Notes: generated from the letters alone by a model not told the origin. A stretch of 64,000 nt of DNA from an uncultured Anaerolineales bacterium (GCA_964582965.1 CAZOUN010000005.1:1376-65375); one strand, 5' to 3'. Positions 52,959 to 62,591 are shown, counted from the first letter of the stretch. Numbers and translations are program-made.

Positions 52959-53018
52959 AACTTCCGAAATCAGGAACCCTCAGATCATGAAAGAGGCCGC
53001 CTTAAGACTTCGGAAGTT
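52959..53018 (-). terminator. Long-loop hairpin plus T-run downstream of the DUF4349 gene
   Basis: aacttccgaa (52959-52968) pairs with ttcggaagtt (53009-53018), with a 40-nt loop. On the minus strand it is followed by ttttatttct. Confidence 0.4.
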
Positions 53019-53050
53019 GATTATTATCTAAATCTTCTAAAGTAAGTGTT

Positions 53051-53989
53051 TTACTTAGTCTCTTTCAAAGCTTTTTTCTGATCTTTTCTGTCTTTCCTTT
53101 TCGCCTTGCCTTTTTTGAGCCAACGCCACAGCCAGCGAACCGGGAAGAAAAGGATCAGGGCTACCGGCAGGATATAAAGTACGATCCAGATCAGCATATC
53201 GGCCAGGAATTTCAGCGTATTGATCAAAGCCTGGAGTGCCCTCTTGGCAACTCCAACCGGCTGCCAGTTGCCGATCTTCAACGGCTGGACAGCTTCATTG
53301 GCCTGAATATTGATTGAGATCGCAGATAACGCAGCAGATTGTTCAAAATACTTCATCTGCCCTTTGATCAATTCGATTTGTTCTTGAACTTCTACCAATC
53401 TGTTATATACAACCAGAACATCTTCCGTTTCCCAGGCTTGTTCCATGATCTCGGTCAGCTGTTCTTCGGCCCGTTCCAAATTTCTGAGTCGGGACCCCAG
53501 ATCGGTATATTCCTGGGTGATATCCTGTCCAGATATGTTTTCGTTGAGGATTTGTCCTGCACCAGACTTGATTTCCACCAGAGCCTGGTCTAATGTGTCA
53601 GCCGGGACCCGGATAGTGATGTTGGCCTGGGGGACTTCCAGCCCATTGGCTGTTTGCGTCCGATACAGATTAGAAGAAACCACAAACCCGCCCAAATCCG
53701 CGGCCAATTTACTGATAACTTCAATCGAGACGCCCGGTTCCTCTACTACGATCGATAGTGAGGCGTTTTTGATCACCATACGCACCTGGGATTCCTGGAC
53801 TTGCAGCCCATCTTCTGAATAAACAGAATTGTCTGCCTCTCCAGCATAGGAATCGGCCACTCCCCGTGACGTAGGCGCGCTGCTTTCCATCATGGCTTCT
53901 GGCGCAAAACCAATGGTACTTTTACCCGCACAGGATGCCATCAGGATGACAACAAGGGAGAGTATAATCAACTGTTTTCTCAACATCAT
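53051..53989 (-). CDS. DUF4349-family lipoprotein (coiled coil, C-terminal TM)
   Basis: Lipobox ILMASC. The blocks VIKNASLSIVVEE ... GGFVVSS ... ITIRVPADTLDQAL ... DITQEYTDLGSRLRNLERAEEQL and the C-terminal TM match the DUF4349 pattern. Confidence 0.8.
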   Translation of the reverse strand: MMLRKQLIILSLVVILMASCAGKSTIGFAPEAMMESSAPTSRGVADSYAGEADNSVYSEDGLQVQESQVRMVIKNASLSIVVEEPGVSIEVISKLAADLGGFVVSSNLYRTQTANGLEVPQANITIRVPADTLDQALVEIKSGAGQILNENISGQDITQEYTDLGSRLRNLERAEEQLTEIMEQAWETEDVLVVYNRLVEVQEQIELIKGQMKYFEQSAALSAISINIQANEAVQPLKIGNWQPVGVAKRALQALINTLKFLADMLIWIVLYILPVALILFFPVRWLWRWLKKGKAKRKDRKDQKKALKETK

Positions 53990-54048
53990 TTCTCCTTAAT
54001 ATATGCTATTTACATCCTATTGACGTCAGGAGATGCAGAAAAGTTCCC

Positions 54049-54777
54049 CTACCAGCCAAGGTCCAAGCGTTGGATGTATTCGATCGGTAAACCGGCCTGG
54101 GTCATCCGGGCCTGTACCTCTGAAATATCATACGGTACCCGGTGCTGGGTCCAGGTATTTTCTTCAGTATCAAAAATTGTAAACGCCGCCCGGGGGTCGT
54201 GATCCCGTGGTTGTCCAACTGAGCCCGGGTTCACAATTGTGTTTTCTGGAAGTTTTGCAGTATTGCCTGGATAAACAAAAGTCACGTTAGCCAAGCCTTT
54301 TCCTTCTTTCAGATAATACAAAACAGGGAGATGTGAATGTCCAATAAAACAATAGGGCGTATCAAAGTAATCAAAATTGGCGGTTGCCGTATAGACATCC
54401 ATAATATATTCCCATACGGGGTCCCGGGGGCTGCCGTGTGCCAGCGTGACCTGGTCAACCTTCGCCCTGGGTGACAAAGTCTGTAAATATTGACGGTTAA
54501 TTGGATTTAGCTGCTCCTCGGTCCATTCAATCACTTTCTGAGCCGCAATATTAAATTTCCCTTTCTCAGTTAAGCCGATCACTGCGCTGTCATGATTACC
54601 GCGCAGGCAGACCAGGTTAGGTAAATCTCTGATAATAGAGACACAATCGTTTGGATCTGGTCCATAACCGATAATATCCCCTAGACACCAAACAGCATCG
54701 ACCTTACCGGCAGCTTCCAAAACAGCTTCCAGGGCAGTGCGATTGCCATGAATATCTGACATAATCAATGCTTTCAT
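54049..54777 (-). CDS. Metallophosphoesterase (calcineurin-like, YfcE/MJ0936-type)
   Basis: MSDIHGN, LGDIIGYGP, GNHD and GHSH motifs. ATG 54777 (MKALIMSDIHGN) is preferred over 54804. Confidence 0.85.
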   Translation of the reverse strand: MKALIMSDIHGNRTALEAVLEAAGKVDAVWCLGDIIGYGPDPNDCVSIIRDLPNLVCLRGNHDSAVIGLTEKGKFNIAAQKVIEWTEEQLNPINRQYLQTLSPRAKVDQVTLAHGSPRDPVWEYIMDVYTATANFDYFDTPYCFIGHSHLPVLYYLKEGKGLANVTFVYPGNTAKLPENTIVNPGSVGQPRDHDPRAAFTIFDTEENTWTQHRVPYDISEVQARMTQAGLPIEYIQRLDLGW

Positions 54778-55059
54778 TAATCCTCGGGACCTCCCATCAT
54801 TCATTTGCCTTCGAACAGGCAGAGGTAATCTTCATAATCATACTGGAAACATCCTCATCAGTAAAGCATAATATTCCTTATTTTGCCCGATATTTGCCAA
54901 CTTCAAAAGGATATTCTTAATATTGAGCCAAAATCCACCCCAATCGGTACATCTGAGACTGTTTTTGAGGTCAAAACGGCATTATTCTTGCAATAATGAC
55001 AATGAAGGATTATTCAGGGGTTATCTTCCCCTACTTAAAGGTAAAATGTACCCTGTAAT

Positions 55060-56565
55060 ATGAAAACTATACGACTATTCCCGTTGGTTTTATTGAGCTT
55101 GCTGATTGGTGCCTGCACCCGGCAGGCGCATACCGCTCCCTATATTAACTTCTCCAATGTAGGCCTTGCGGGGGAACCCGTAGCCACTTCAGATCCATAC
55201 ATTCCACCCACCAGGGTTCCAGATCTAGCAGTTATCACACCAACCCCCAGCCCCCCAAAACCACTGCCAACATTGCGTACTGAGGATGTATATTATTCAG
55301 TCCAATGGGGAGACACGGTTAAATCAATAGCCTACCAGTATAATTTGCTCCCTGAATTGATCATTGAAGTCAACGAGATTACCAACCCAAGTTTGATCTA
55401 TACTGGTCAGCAGCTGTGGCTGCCTGCGCCAGATGTCAGCGAGACCGGTCCTGGATATAAAATCATCCCCGATTCCGAGTTGGTCCGCAGTCCATATACA
55501 GTGCGTTTCCAGATCGAGGCTTTTATAAATAATCAACCAGGCTATCTTAAGAACCACGAGGAAGATATAGATGGTGAGGTCCAGACTGCCGCAGAGATCA
55601 TAACCCGAATTTCCCAGGACTATTCAGTTAATCCCCGCCTGCTTCTGGCTATCATCGAATACCAAACCGGGTGGCTGACCGGTTCAAATAATACAAACAA
55701 CCCATTTCCTCTGGGGTATCAGGAGTCCGGATACGAAGGACTATATCATCAGCTCGCCTGGACTGCTGATGAGCTCAACCGGGGTTATTACCTTTGGAAG
55801 GTTCGTGGTGTGGGCGCCTGGGCTTGCTTAGACGGCATGAATGTCCCGATAAATTCCACCATCAATGCCGGGACGGCCGGTGTTCAGAATTATTTTGCCC
55901 GGGTTCTGCCATACCGCAAGTGGGTTGATACTGTTTCAGAAACTGGTTTTATCACTACATATATAACACTCTTTGGATATCCGTTTGATTATAACTACAC
56001 CCCCATGATCCCTTATAACTTGACTCAGCCTGATCTTCAGCTCCCATTTGAAGACGGAGCTGCCTGGTTATTCACGGGAGGTCCCCATGGTGGATGGGAT
56101 GACGGATCCGCCTGGGCAGCGCTCGATTTTGCTCCGGCTGATATGGACCTTGGCTGCAGTTTCAGCGATGACTGGGTAGTCGCAGTAGCCGATGGCCCTA
56201 TTACTCGATCGGATCACGGTGCAGTAGTACAGAGCATCAATGGAGACACCTATGATCAAACTGGTTGGGCAATCCTATATATGCATATTGAAACCAGGGG
56301 GCGGGTTGAACTAGGAGAAAGATTAAAAGCAGGAGATCGGATCGGGCATCCTTCCTGTGAAGGCGGCGTTTCCACCGGATCTCATCTGCATATTGCCCGG
56401 CGGTATAATGGGGAATGGATTCCCGCTGATCAGAATATTCCATTTAACTTGGATGGCTGGATATCACAGGGTCTGGGATATGCATACCAGGGATTTATGG
56501 TTCGTGGCGAACAAACCATCCAGGCGGAAGACTCTAACACTGATGTTAATCAGATACACCGGTAA
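55060..56565 (+). CDS. LysM-domain M23-family metallopeptidase lipoprotein, paralogue 1
   Basis: Lipobox LLIGAC, LysM (YSVQWGDTVKSIAYQYN), conserved middle domain (NPRLLLAIIEYQTGWL), and a C-terminal M23-like core GGPHGGWD ... ALDFAP ... GHPSCEGGVSTGSHLHIARRYNGEWI. Confidence 0.8.
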   Translation: MKTIRLFPLVLLSLLIGACTRQAHTAPYINFSNVGLAGEPVATSDPYIPPTRVPDLAVITPTPSPPKPLPTLRTEDVYYSVQWGDTVKSIAYQYNLLPELIIEVNEITNPSLIYTGQQLWLPAPDVSETGPGYKIIPDSELVRSPYTVRFQIEAFINNQPGYLKNHEEDIDGEVQTAAEIITRISQDYSVNPRLLLAIIEYQTGWLTGSNNTNNPFPLGYQESGYEGLYHQLAWTADELNRGYYLWKVRGVGAWACLDGMNVPINSTINAGTAGVQNYFARVLPYRKWVDTVSETGFITTYITLFGYPFDYNYTPMIPYNLTQPDLQLPFEDGAAWLFTGGPHGGWDDGSAWAALDFAPADMDLGCSFSDDWVVAVADGPITRSDHGAVVQSINGDTYDQTGWAILYMHIETRGRVELGERLKAGDRIGHPSCEGGVSTGSHLHIARRYNGEWIPADQNIPFNLDGWISQGLGYAYQGFMVRGEQTIQAEDSNTDVNQIHR

Positions 56566-56571
56566 AATTCT

Positions 56572-58143
56572 GTGAAACGATTTATATTAGTATTACTGGC
56601 ACTATCTCTTGCGGGGTGTAGTTTTTACCAAAAAACGCCGCCTATTTTCGTGCCTCCTATCGGGTTCACACCCACAACAGAAATCATCCTTCCCGAAGCA
56701 ACTGAAATTCCAACCCAGGATCCTACGCCTACCTCTGAACCGGCAGACAATCCCACCCCAACAGCTTATCTACCTCCGACTGAGACCTTGGTCCCAACAC
56801 CTGTAGCTCAACAGGAACCGATCGTCTATCATGCCCAGGCAGGGGACACTTTGGCAGTGGTAGCCACCCATTTTGGCGTTGGCAAAGATCAGATCCAATC
56901 CAATGTAGAATTGCCGGAAAGCTCCTTTATTAACCCGGGCACACTGCTGGTGATTCCCCAGGTTTTGATCAACACCACTTCCAACTCTCACCTGCTGCCG
57001 GATAGCGAGTTTGTGTTTTCAAGAGCTATCACTGATTCTGATTTCCCAGAAGACGTGGTCCAATTTGTGAAGGATGCGGGAGGATATCTCAGCGAAGAGC
57101 GCGAATATGAACACTCCAATCTGACGAACGGCGGAGAGATCGTTAGAAATATTGCTCAGAATAATTCTATCAATCCTTATTTACTGCTCGCATTACTGGA
57201 ATATCAAAGCAATTGGGTCTTTGGGCAGCCCCAGAACCTAGCTCAGCTGAAATACCCATTGGGGTACATAAATTACGATGATGACGGTTTAGTGCGTCAA
57301 TTACGTTGGGCAGTGAATCAGCTTTCGATCGGTTATTACGGCTGGCGAGAAGGCCGATTAACTGAAGTTATACTCAAAAACGCCCAAAGTCCTACCCAGA
57401 ATGTGACGGCCAGGATCGAACCCAGCCTTAACGCCGGTACAGTTGCCCTGCAGTTTTTTTACTCCCAGATCTATGACAGCGATGAATGGATACAGGCACT
57501 GGATGATGACACGGGTTTTATAACAACTTATGATGAGATGTTTGGATCTCCTGAAAACAGAACACAATATGAGCCCCTATTTTCCCATAATCTAGTCCAG
57601 CCTGACCTGGAATTACCCTTTAGACCCGGCGTGGTTTGGAACTATACAGGCGGTCCTCATGGTGCCTGGGAACGGGAAGGTTCCTGGTCCGCAGTAGATT
57701 TCGCTCCCTCTGGATTCCGGGGTGGGTGCTCAAATTCTTATGCGTATGTCACAGCTTCCGCTCCAGGCCTGGTCGTTCGGGCAGAAGATGGTGTAGTAAT
57801 CATCAATCTGGATTACAACGATAACGAACATTCCGGTTGGGTCCTGCTATATCTCCACATTGCCACAGAGGGAAGGGTGGTCAACGCTGGTGATGAAGTG
57901 AACACTGGAGATAGATTAGGACATCCATCCTGCGAGGGTGGTATCTCAACTGGAACCCATGTCCATATGGCCCGAAAGTATAACGGGGAATGGATGACTG
58001 CAGACGGCCCAACACCTTTTACACTAAGTGGTTGGACGGCCCATAACGGGTCAGCTGTTTATAAAGGAACCCTTACCAAACCCGGGGAAGCCCTGGTAAC
58101 AGCGAGTTCCTACAGTGCTCCGGGAAGCCAGATTAAGCGGTAA
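56572..58143 (+). CDS. LysM-domain M23-family metallopeptidase lipoprotein, paralogue 2
   Basis: GTG start. Lipobox LSLAGC, LysM (YHAQAGDTLAVVATHFG), NPYLLLALLEYQSNWV, GGPHGAWE ... VDFAP ... GHPSCEGGISTGTHVHMARKYNGEWM. Confidence 0.8.
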   Translation: MKRFILVLLALSLAGCSFYQKTPPIFVPPIGFTPTTEIILPEATEIPTQDPTPTSEPADNPTPTAYLPPTETLVPTPVAQQEPIVYHAQAGDTLAVVATHFGVGKDQIQSNVELPESSFINPGTLLVIPQVLINTTSNSHLLPDSEFVFSRAITDSDFPEDVVQFVKDAGGYLSEEREYEHSNLTNGGEIVRNIAQNNSINPYLLLALLEYQSNWVFGQPQNLAQLKYPLGYINYDDDGLVRQLRWAVNQLSIGYYGWREGRLTEVILKNAQSPTQNVTARIEPSLNAGTVALQFFYSQIYDSDEWIQALDDDTGFITTYDEMFGSPENRTQYEPLFSHNLVQPDLELPFRPGVVWNYTGGPHGAWEREGSWSAVDFAPSGFRGGCSNSYAYVTASAPGLVVRAEDGVVIINLDYNDNEHSGWVLLYLHIATEGRVVNAGDEVNTGDRLGHPSCEGGISTGTHVHMARKYNGEWMTADGPTPFTLSGWTAHNGSAVYKGTLTKPGEALVTASSYSAPGSQIKR

Positions 58144-58155
58144 AATTGGTATCCT

Positions 58156-59655
58156 ATGTCCCTCCAGCTGGAACAGAAGAGAAAGAAAAATAATCCCCTA
58201 CTGCAGGCTTGCCTGATCCTGATCCTGGTATTATCCGCCTGCCTGCCTGACAATCCCGATCGGGATACCACACCCGTTCCAATCAATGCAGTTCCAGCTA
58301 CCAGTACGTCAATACCTAAAACTGAAAGACCTGTTTATTCACCAGGCGAATTGGTGGAATATACAGCTCAGTCGGGAGATACCCTGGTCAATTTGGCCAC
58401 TCGGTTCAACACTACGATTGAAGAGATCCTTAATGAAAATCCGGTCATCCCTGCCGATGCCACCACGCTCCCTCCCGGACTGCCAATGCAGATTCCGATC
58501 TATTATGAGGCCTTGTGGGGTTCCCAATTCCAAATCATGCCCAACTGCGCCTTCGTAAATGGACCCGCTCAAATCGATTTCGATATTGAGAGTTTTGTCC
58601 AGTCTCAACCAGGCTGGTTTAAATATTTTGAGCAGTTTGCCGCAGAGGAACAACGTTCCGGAGCAGAGATCATCACTTATATCTCAACAAGTTTCAGCAT
58701 CAGCCCAAAATTACTACTGTCTCTTCTGGAATATCAGCTAAATGCACTCAGCGATCCAATTCAGCCAGATAACTTGCTCGATGGATATCCTCTGGGATAC
58801 CGATCTTCTGGGTACCATGGCTTGTATATCCAGCTGGTCTGGGCAGCGAATATCCTGAACCAGGGCTATTACGGTTGGCAGGGATCTCATTTGGATACAC
58901 TGGAATTCATGGATCGGACAATCGAACATCCGGATCCCTGGCAAAATTCTGCCACAGTTGCCATACAATATTATTTCTCTCACCTGGAACCAAAAGCGGT
59001 ATACAGCCGCACCATACACACAGATGGATTCCAAAAGATATATCAGGATCTATTCGGGGATCCATGGACCTGTCAGCCACATATTCCAGGAAGCCTGCGC
59101 CAACCACAGATGACACTACCGTTTAAAGGTGGCGAAACCTGGGCTTTCACGGGCGGCCCTCATACCGGATGGGGCCAGGGTGATCCCTGGGCTGCTCTGG
59201 ATTTTGCCCCACCTAGTGCCGAAACCGGTTGTGAGATAACCACAGCCTGGGCGGCAGCGGTTGCCCCCGGAATTATCGCCCGCAGCGAAACCGGCCTGAT
59301 TGAACTGGACCTGGATGGAGATGGTGATTACCGCACCGGTTGGGTTCTGCTGTACCTCCACCTGGGCACTCAAAATAAGATCACAGTTAACACCTTGGTA
59401 GAAACAGGTGATAATCTGGGACACCCTTCCTGTGAAGGTGGTGAAAGTACCGGGTCCCATATCCATATCGCCCGCAAATATAATGGCGAATGGATTCCCG
59501 CGGCCGATGTGATTCCCTTTAATCTGGGAGGATGGATCGCCCACGCTGGCACCAGGGAATACCAGGGTACACTGGAGCTCTTTAGTGATACAGTCATCGC
59601 CAGCACAGATGCTGAAGAAAAAAGCCTGATCAGTTATCCCCGTCCCGCTCCCTGA
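58156..59655 (+). CDS. LysM-domain M23-family metallopeptidase lipoprotein, paralogue 3
   Basis: Lipobox LVLSAC, LysM (YTAQSGDTLVNLATRFN), SPKLLLSLLEYQLNAL, GGPHTGWG ... ALDFAP ... GHPSCEGGESTGSHIHIARKYNGEWI. Confidence 0.8.
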   Translation: MSLQLEQKRKKNNPLLQACLILILVLSACLPDNPDRDTTPVPINAVPATSTSIPKTERPVYSPGELVEYTAQSGDTLVNLATRFNTTIEEILNENPVIPADATTLPPGLPMQIPIYYEALWGSQFQIMPNCAFVNGPAQIDFDIESFVQSQPGWFKYFEQFAAEEQRSGAEIITYISTSFSISPKLLLSLLEYQLNALSDPIQPDNLLDGYPLGYRSSGYHGLYIQLVWAANILNQGYYGWQGSHLDTLEFMDRTIEHPDPWQNSATVAIQYYFSHLEPKAVYSRTIHTDGFQKIYQDLFGDPWTCQPHIPGSLRQPQMTLPFKGGETWAFTGGPHTGWGQGDPWAALDFAPPSAETGCEITTAWAAAVAPGIIARSETGLIELDLDGDGDYRTGWVLLYLHLGTQNKITVNTLVETGDNLGHPSCEGGESTGSHIHIARKYNGEWIPAADVIPFNLGGWIAHAGTREYQGTLELFSDTVIASTDAEEKSLISYPRPAP

Positions 59656-59820
59656 TCTCTCAAACACTTTTCAATCAATTTTCGACCCGATTCCCCAGCC
59701 TTTTTCTTACTGGTGGAGTATTTTTGGGTTAAAAATCACTTCAATTGGCCAAAAAACAGAGACAAAACAAGGAAAACTAAATAATATTAATATATATATT
59801 GATATTTCTTATTTTTCCCC

Positions 59821-59848
59821 TTGACAAACTAAATAATTTTGATATACT
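59821..59848 (+). promoter_or_regulatory. Strong sigma-70-type promoter (extended -10) ahead of the mini-protein / DUF2089 gene set
   Basis: TTGACA (59821-59826), 16-nt spacer ending in TGa, TATACT (59843-59848). An AGGAG SD precedes the ATG at 59883. Confidence 0.6.
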
Positions 59849-59882
59849 GTGAGCATTGTTCAGGAAAAACTAGGAGAAAGCG

Positions 59883-60092
59883 ATGTTTCCGACAAATTTA
59901 GACGCTTTGAAATTTCATCAAAAAGAAATTCTTAAGCAAGCTGAAAATTACCGTTTGGCGAAATCCCTGGAGCAGACCGATCGCTGGGCAAACAGATTAT
60001 ATGCAACAGTTGGCCGCGTGTTGATCATAGCTGGACAGAACCTGGTAAAACGCACACTGACAGCTCACTATAACCGAAACCTATATATATAA
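59883..60092 (+). CDS. Small hypothetical protein (69 aa), paralogue A
   Basis: AGGAG SD. 26 of 63 positions are identical, without gaps, to the next ORF (shared QA..YRLA.SLEQ and GR.LI..G..L blocks). Confidence 0.55.
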   Translation: MFPTNLDALKFHQKEILKQAENYRLAKSLEQTDRWANRLYATVGRVLIIAGQNLVKRTLTAHYNRNLYI

Positions 60093-60118
60093 ATTTATAA
60101 TCCCATTGGGAGCAAAAA

Positions 60119-60310
60119 ATGTTTATAGCCACCTTAGAAACATTCAAAAGCCAGGAAAAAGAACTACATCAGCAGGCAGCTCAGTATCGCCTCGCGAGGT
60201 CCCTGGAACAGAATAATTTTCTCGTCAACTGGTTTTACGAATCCCTGGGCAGGATCTTGATCCTTTCTGGAGAACAACTGATCAATAACACCCGCGCAGC
60301 GGCCCACTAA
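60119..60310 (+). CDS. Small hypothetical protein (63 aa), paralogue B
   Basis: GGGAG SD. Gapless paralogue of 59883-60092. Confidence 0.55.
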   Translation: MFIATLETFKSQEKELHQQAAQYRLARSLEQNNFLVNWFYESLGRILILSGEQLINNTRAAAH

Positions 60311-60337
60311 GATAGCCTTACAAACAAGGAGATAACC

Positions 60338-60721
60338 ATGCATCCACAACCCTCACATTGTCCTATCTGCGGCGGAGAAGTTATAGTAACCCAAATCAAC
60401 TGCCGGGAATGCAACACGACCATCGAAGGACGTTTTTCTTCCAGGACATTTTCACAGCTGACCGAAAAACAAATGGATTTTGTTGAGACTTTTGTCCGTC
60501 TGGAAGGAAAGATCACCCACATGGAAAAGGAACTCGGCTTTTCCTATCCAACCATCCGCAAACTGCTTCACGATGTAATCAGGGCTCTCGGTTACGAACC
60601 GGGTGGCGATGAACTTTCCGAGCTTTCTGAAGAAAAACGACAGAAGATCCTGAATGACCTGGATCAAGGCGAAATCAGTTATGATGACGCTCTTAAGAAG
60701 CTCAAGGATGAGGAGAAATAA
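60338..60721 (+). CDS. DUF2089-family protein (N-terminal Zn ribbon plus HTH)
   Basis: CPICGGEVIVTQINCRECNTTIEGRF followed by LTEKQMDFVETFVRLEGKITHMEKELGFSYPTIRKLL, the characteristic DUF2089 layout. Confidence 0.85.
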   Translation: MHPQPSHCPICGGEVIVTQINCRECNTTIEGRFSSRTFSQLTEKQMDFVETFVRLEGKITHMEKELGFSYPTIRKLLHDVIRALGYEPGGDELSELSEEKRQKILNDLDQGEISYDDALKKLKDEEK

Positions 60722-60723
60722 CA

Positions 60724-61947
60724 ATGGCGAAACACAGCATACCCATTGAAAACATATCCAAGCTTGTGATTGTCAGCGTCGGCGGCAGTCTTTATCTTTC
60801 TGGCTGGAATAACGACGAGATACGCATCAATGAACTGACTGACGAGAACTCACTCATAACCAAGAAAAATCAGACCGAGATCCAGTTCCCGGGCGACGGT
60901 TTTCTTCATGTTCCCCACTATCTGGAAGTTGAAATTCAGTCAGTTGGCGGCTCAGCCGTGATCAAAAGGATAAATAACGACTTGAAAGTAGCTTCCGTTT
61001 CCGGCGATCTGACTTTGACTGATGTCGGCAAGATCAGCGTTGGATCAGTGGGACGCGACGTGATCGCCAAACGCGTCCAGGGAGATATCAAAATTGAAAA
61101 TATTGGAGGAGATGCACTTCTCAATAATATTCAGGGGCTGATAGGACTCACGCAAGTTGGTGGAGATATAGTTATTTCAGAAGTCAGCGGTGGAATTGAG
61201 GCGTCAGCAGGCGGAGAGGGCACCGTGGATTTTCATCCCGTTCCCTGGCAAGCTTACCAAATCAAAGTCGGCGGCAACCTTTCGGCCACTATGCCTGAGG
61301 AAAGCAATGCTGACCTGATCATTAAAAGCGGAACAAAAGATATCAGCCTGACTATTGGCGAGCTGGAAATCAAATCCAGCGACAAAGAATTATCCCAGCA
61401 ACTAGGAGAAGGCGGCCCTCCTGTGATGTTAACCGCGGGCGGAAAGATATTTATCTCCGGTGATGATTTCAGTGTATTTACAGGTCTGAAAATGAATATG
61501 GATGATTTTGGTTCGTTTGCTGCTGATTTTTCATTTCAGACCGCCGATCAGATCAAGAACAGTTTAGGAAGCCTGGAAGAAGATCTCCGGGTATCACTGT
61601 CCGGACTGTCCGAATCTCTGGCAGACATTGGAATTTCAGAAGAGAATCTAAAAAAGTTCGGCATCCAGATCGAAGAAAGCAGCCGTATGGCAGCCGGAAA
61701 AGCAGAAATTGCTGCCATTAAAGCCCAGGCAAAGGTTGAAAAGAAAATTGCCCAAACCCGCCGCAAGGCACTGAAAGCCCAGGCCAAAGTGAAAGAATTT
61801 GACCTAGGGGATTTCCTAGAGACGCAGAAAGGGAACCGGGCTGTACACGAATCAGAACGGTTGCTTATCCTGGAAATGCTCCAAGAAAAGAAAATTTCCC
61901 TTGACGAAGCTGACCAATTGCTCAAAGCGCTGGAGGGAAAGAAATGA
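60724..61947 (+). CDS. DUF4097-like beta-helical repeat protein with a coiled coil and a C-terminal SHOCT-like motif
   Basis: Repeated V/I-GG-D/S-hydrophobic strands (VGGSAVIKRI, VSGDLTLTDV, VGRDVIAKRV, IGGDALLNNI, VGGDIVISEV). A Lys/Ala-rich coiled coil. C-terminal ERLLILEMLQEKKISLDEADQLLKALEG. Confidence 0.7.
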   Translation: MAKHSIPIENISKLVIVSVGGSLYLSGWNNDEIRINELTDENSLITKKNQTEIQFPGDGFLHVPHYLEVEIQSVGGSAVIKRINNDLKVASVSGDLTLTDVGKISVGSVGRDVIAKRVQGDIKIENIGGDALLNNIQGLIGLTQVGGDIVISEVSGGIEASAGGEGTVDFHPVPWQAYQIKVGGNLSATMPEESNADLIIKSGTKDISLTIGELEIKSSDKELSQQLGEGGPPVMLTAGGKIFISGDDFSVFTGLKMNMDDFGSFAADFSFQTADQIKNSLGSLEEDLRVSLSGLSESLADIGISEENLKKFGIQIEESSRMAAGKAEIAAIKAQAKVEKKIAQTRRKALKAQAKVKEFDLGDFLETQKGNRAVHESERLLILEMLQEKKISLDEADQLLKALEGKK

Positions 61948-62591
61948 TGGCTGCCGAAAACGAACGCTTAGAGATCCTGGAAATGATCCAAAAGGGGACC
62001 ATCAGCCCCGAAGAAGGCATGAAGTTAATTGAAGCTATCGGAGAAAGCAGGGAAAATTCTGAAATCGAATACGCCATTGCAAAATCCGAGCTGGAAAGAA
62101 ACTTCGAGCCAGCCGAGAGTGACGTTCACCCCGGGGAAGCCAATCAAGAAGATTTCAACAAATTAAAAAGCTGGTGGATCATCCCATTCTGGATTGGAGT
62201 TGCCGGAACTGTTATGGGTGGTTCTTTAATGTACGGGTCCTGGTCTTCCCGAGGTATTGGTTTTGGCTTCATCGCATCCTGGATACCATTTTTGATCGGG
62301 ATTGGATTGTTAATCCTGGGTTGGAACAGCCGTACCGGCCCCTGGCTGCACATCAGGGTTCAACAGAAACCGGGAGAGAAACCGGAAAGGATCGCTATCA
62401 GTTTTCCGATCCCAAATCGTTTTTTTGCCTGGAGTCTCAAAACTTTTGGTAGTTTTATCCCTAAGATGAACCTCTCGAGTGCGGATGAGATCCTGCTCTC
62501 GTTGGGAAATTATTCCCAGGGGGATACACCGTTGACAATAGATGTAAATGACAGTGACGACGGCGAAAAAGTAAAGATATATATTGGTTAG
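61944..62591 (+). CDS. Membrane protein with an N-terminal SHOCT-like motif
   Basis: ATGA overlap with the upstream gene. N-terminal ERLEILEMIQKGTISPEEGMKLIEAIG, then two TM helices (WWIIPFWIGVAGTVMGG, IASWIPFLIGIGLLILGW). Confidence 0.6.
   Translation: MMAAENERLEILEMIQKGTISPEEGMKLIEAIGESRENSEIEYAIAKSELERNFEPAESDVHPGEANQEDFNKLKSWWIIPFWIGVAGTVMGGSLMYGSWSSRGIGFGFIASWIPFLIGIGLLILGWNSRTGPWLHIRVQQKPGEKPERIAISFPIPNRFFAWSLKTFGSFIPKMNLSSADEILLSLGNYSQGDTPLTIDVNDSDDGEKVKIYIG

Noticed and set aside
54805-55059. Possible c-di-AMP (ydaO-type) riboswitch upstream of the LysM-M23 operon. Such riboswitches often precede cell-wall hydrolase genes.
   Set aside because: Reading both strands, I could not find the conserved G-rich and ACCC/GAAUC-type cores or the pseudo-two-fold helices. 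I see only a possible TTGCCA-N17/18-TAATAT promoter at about 54894-54923. A covariance-model scan would settle it.
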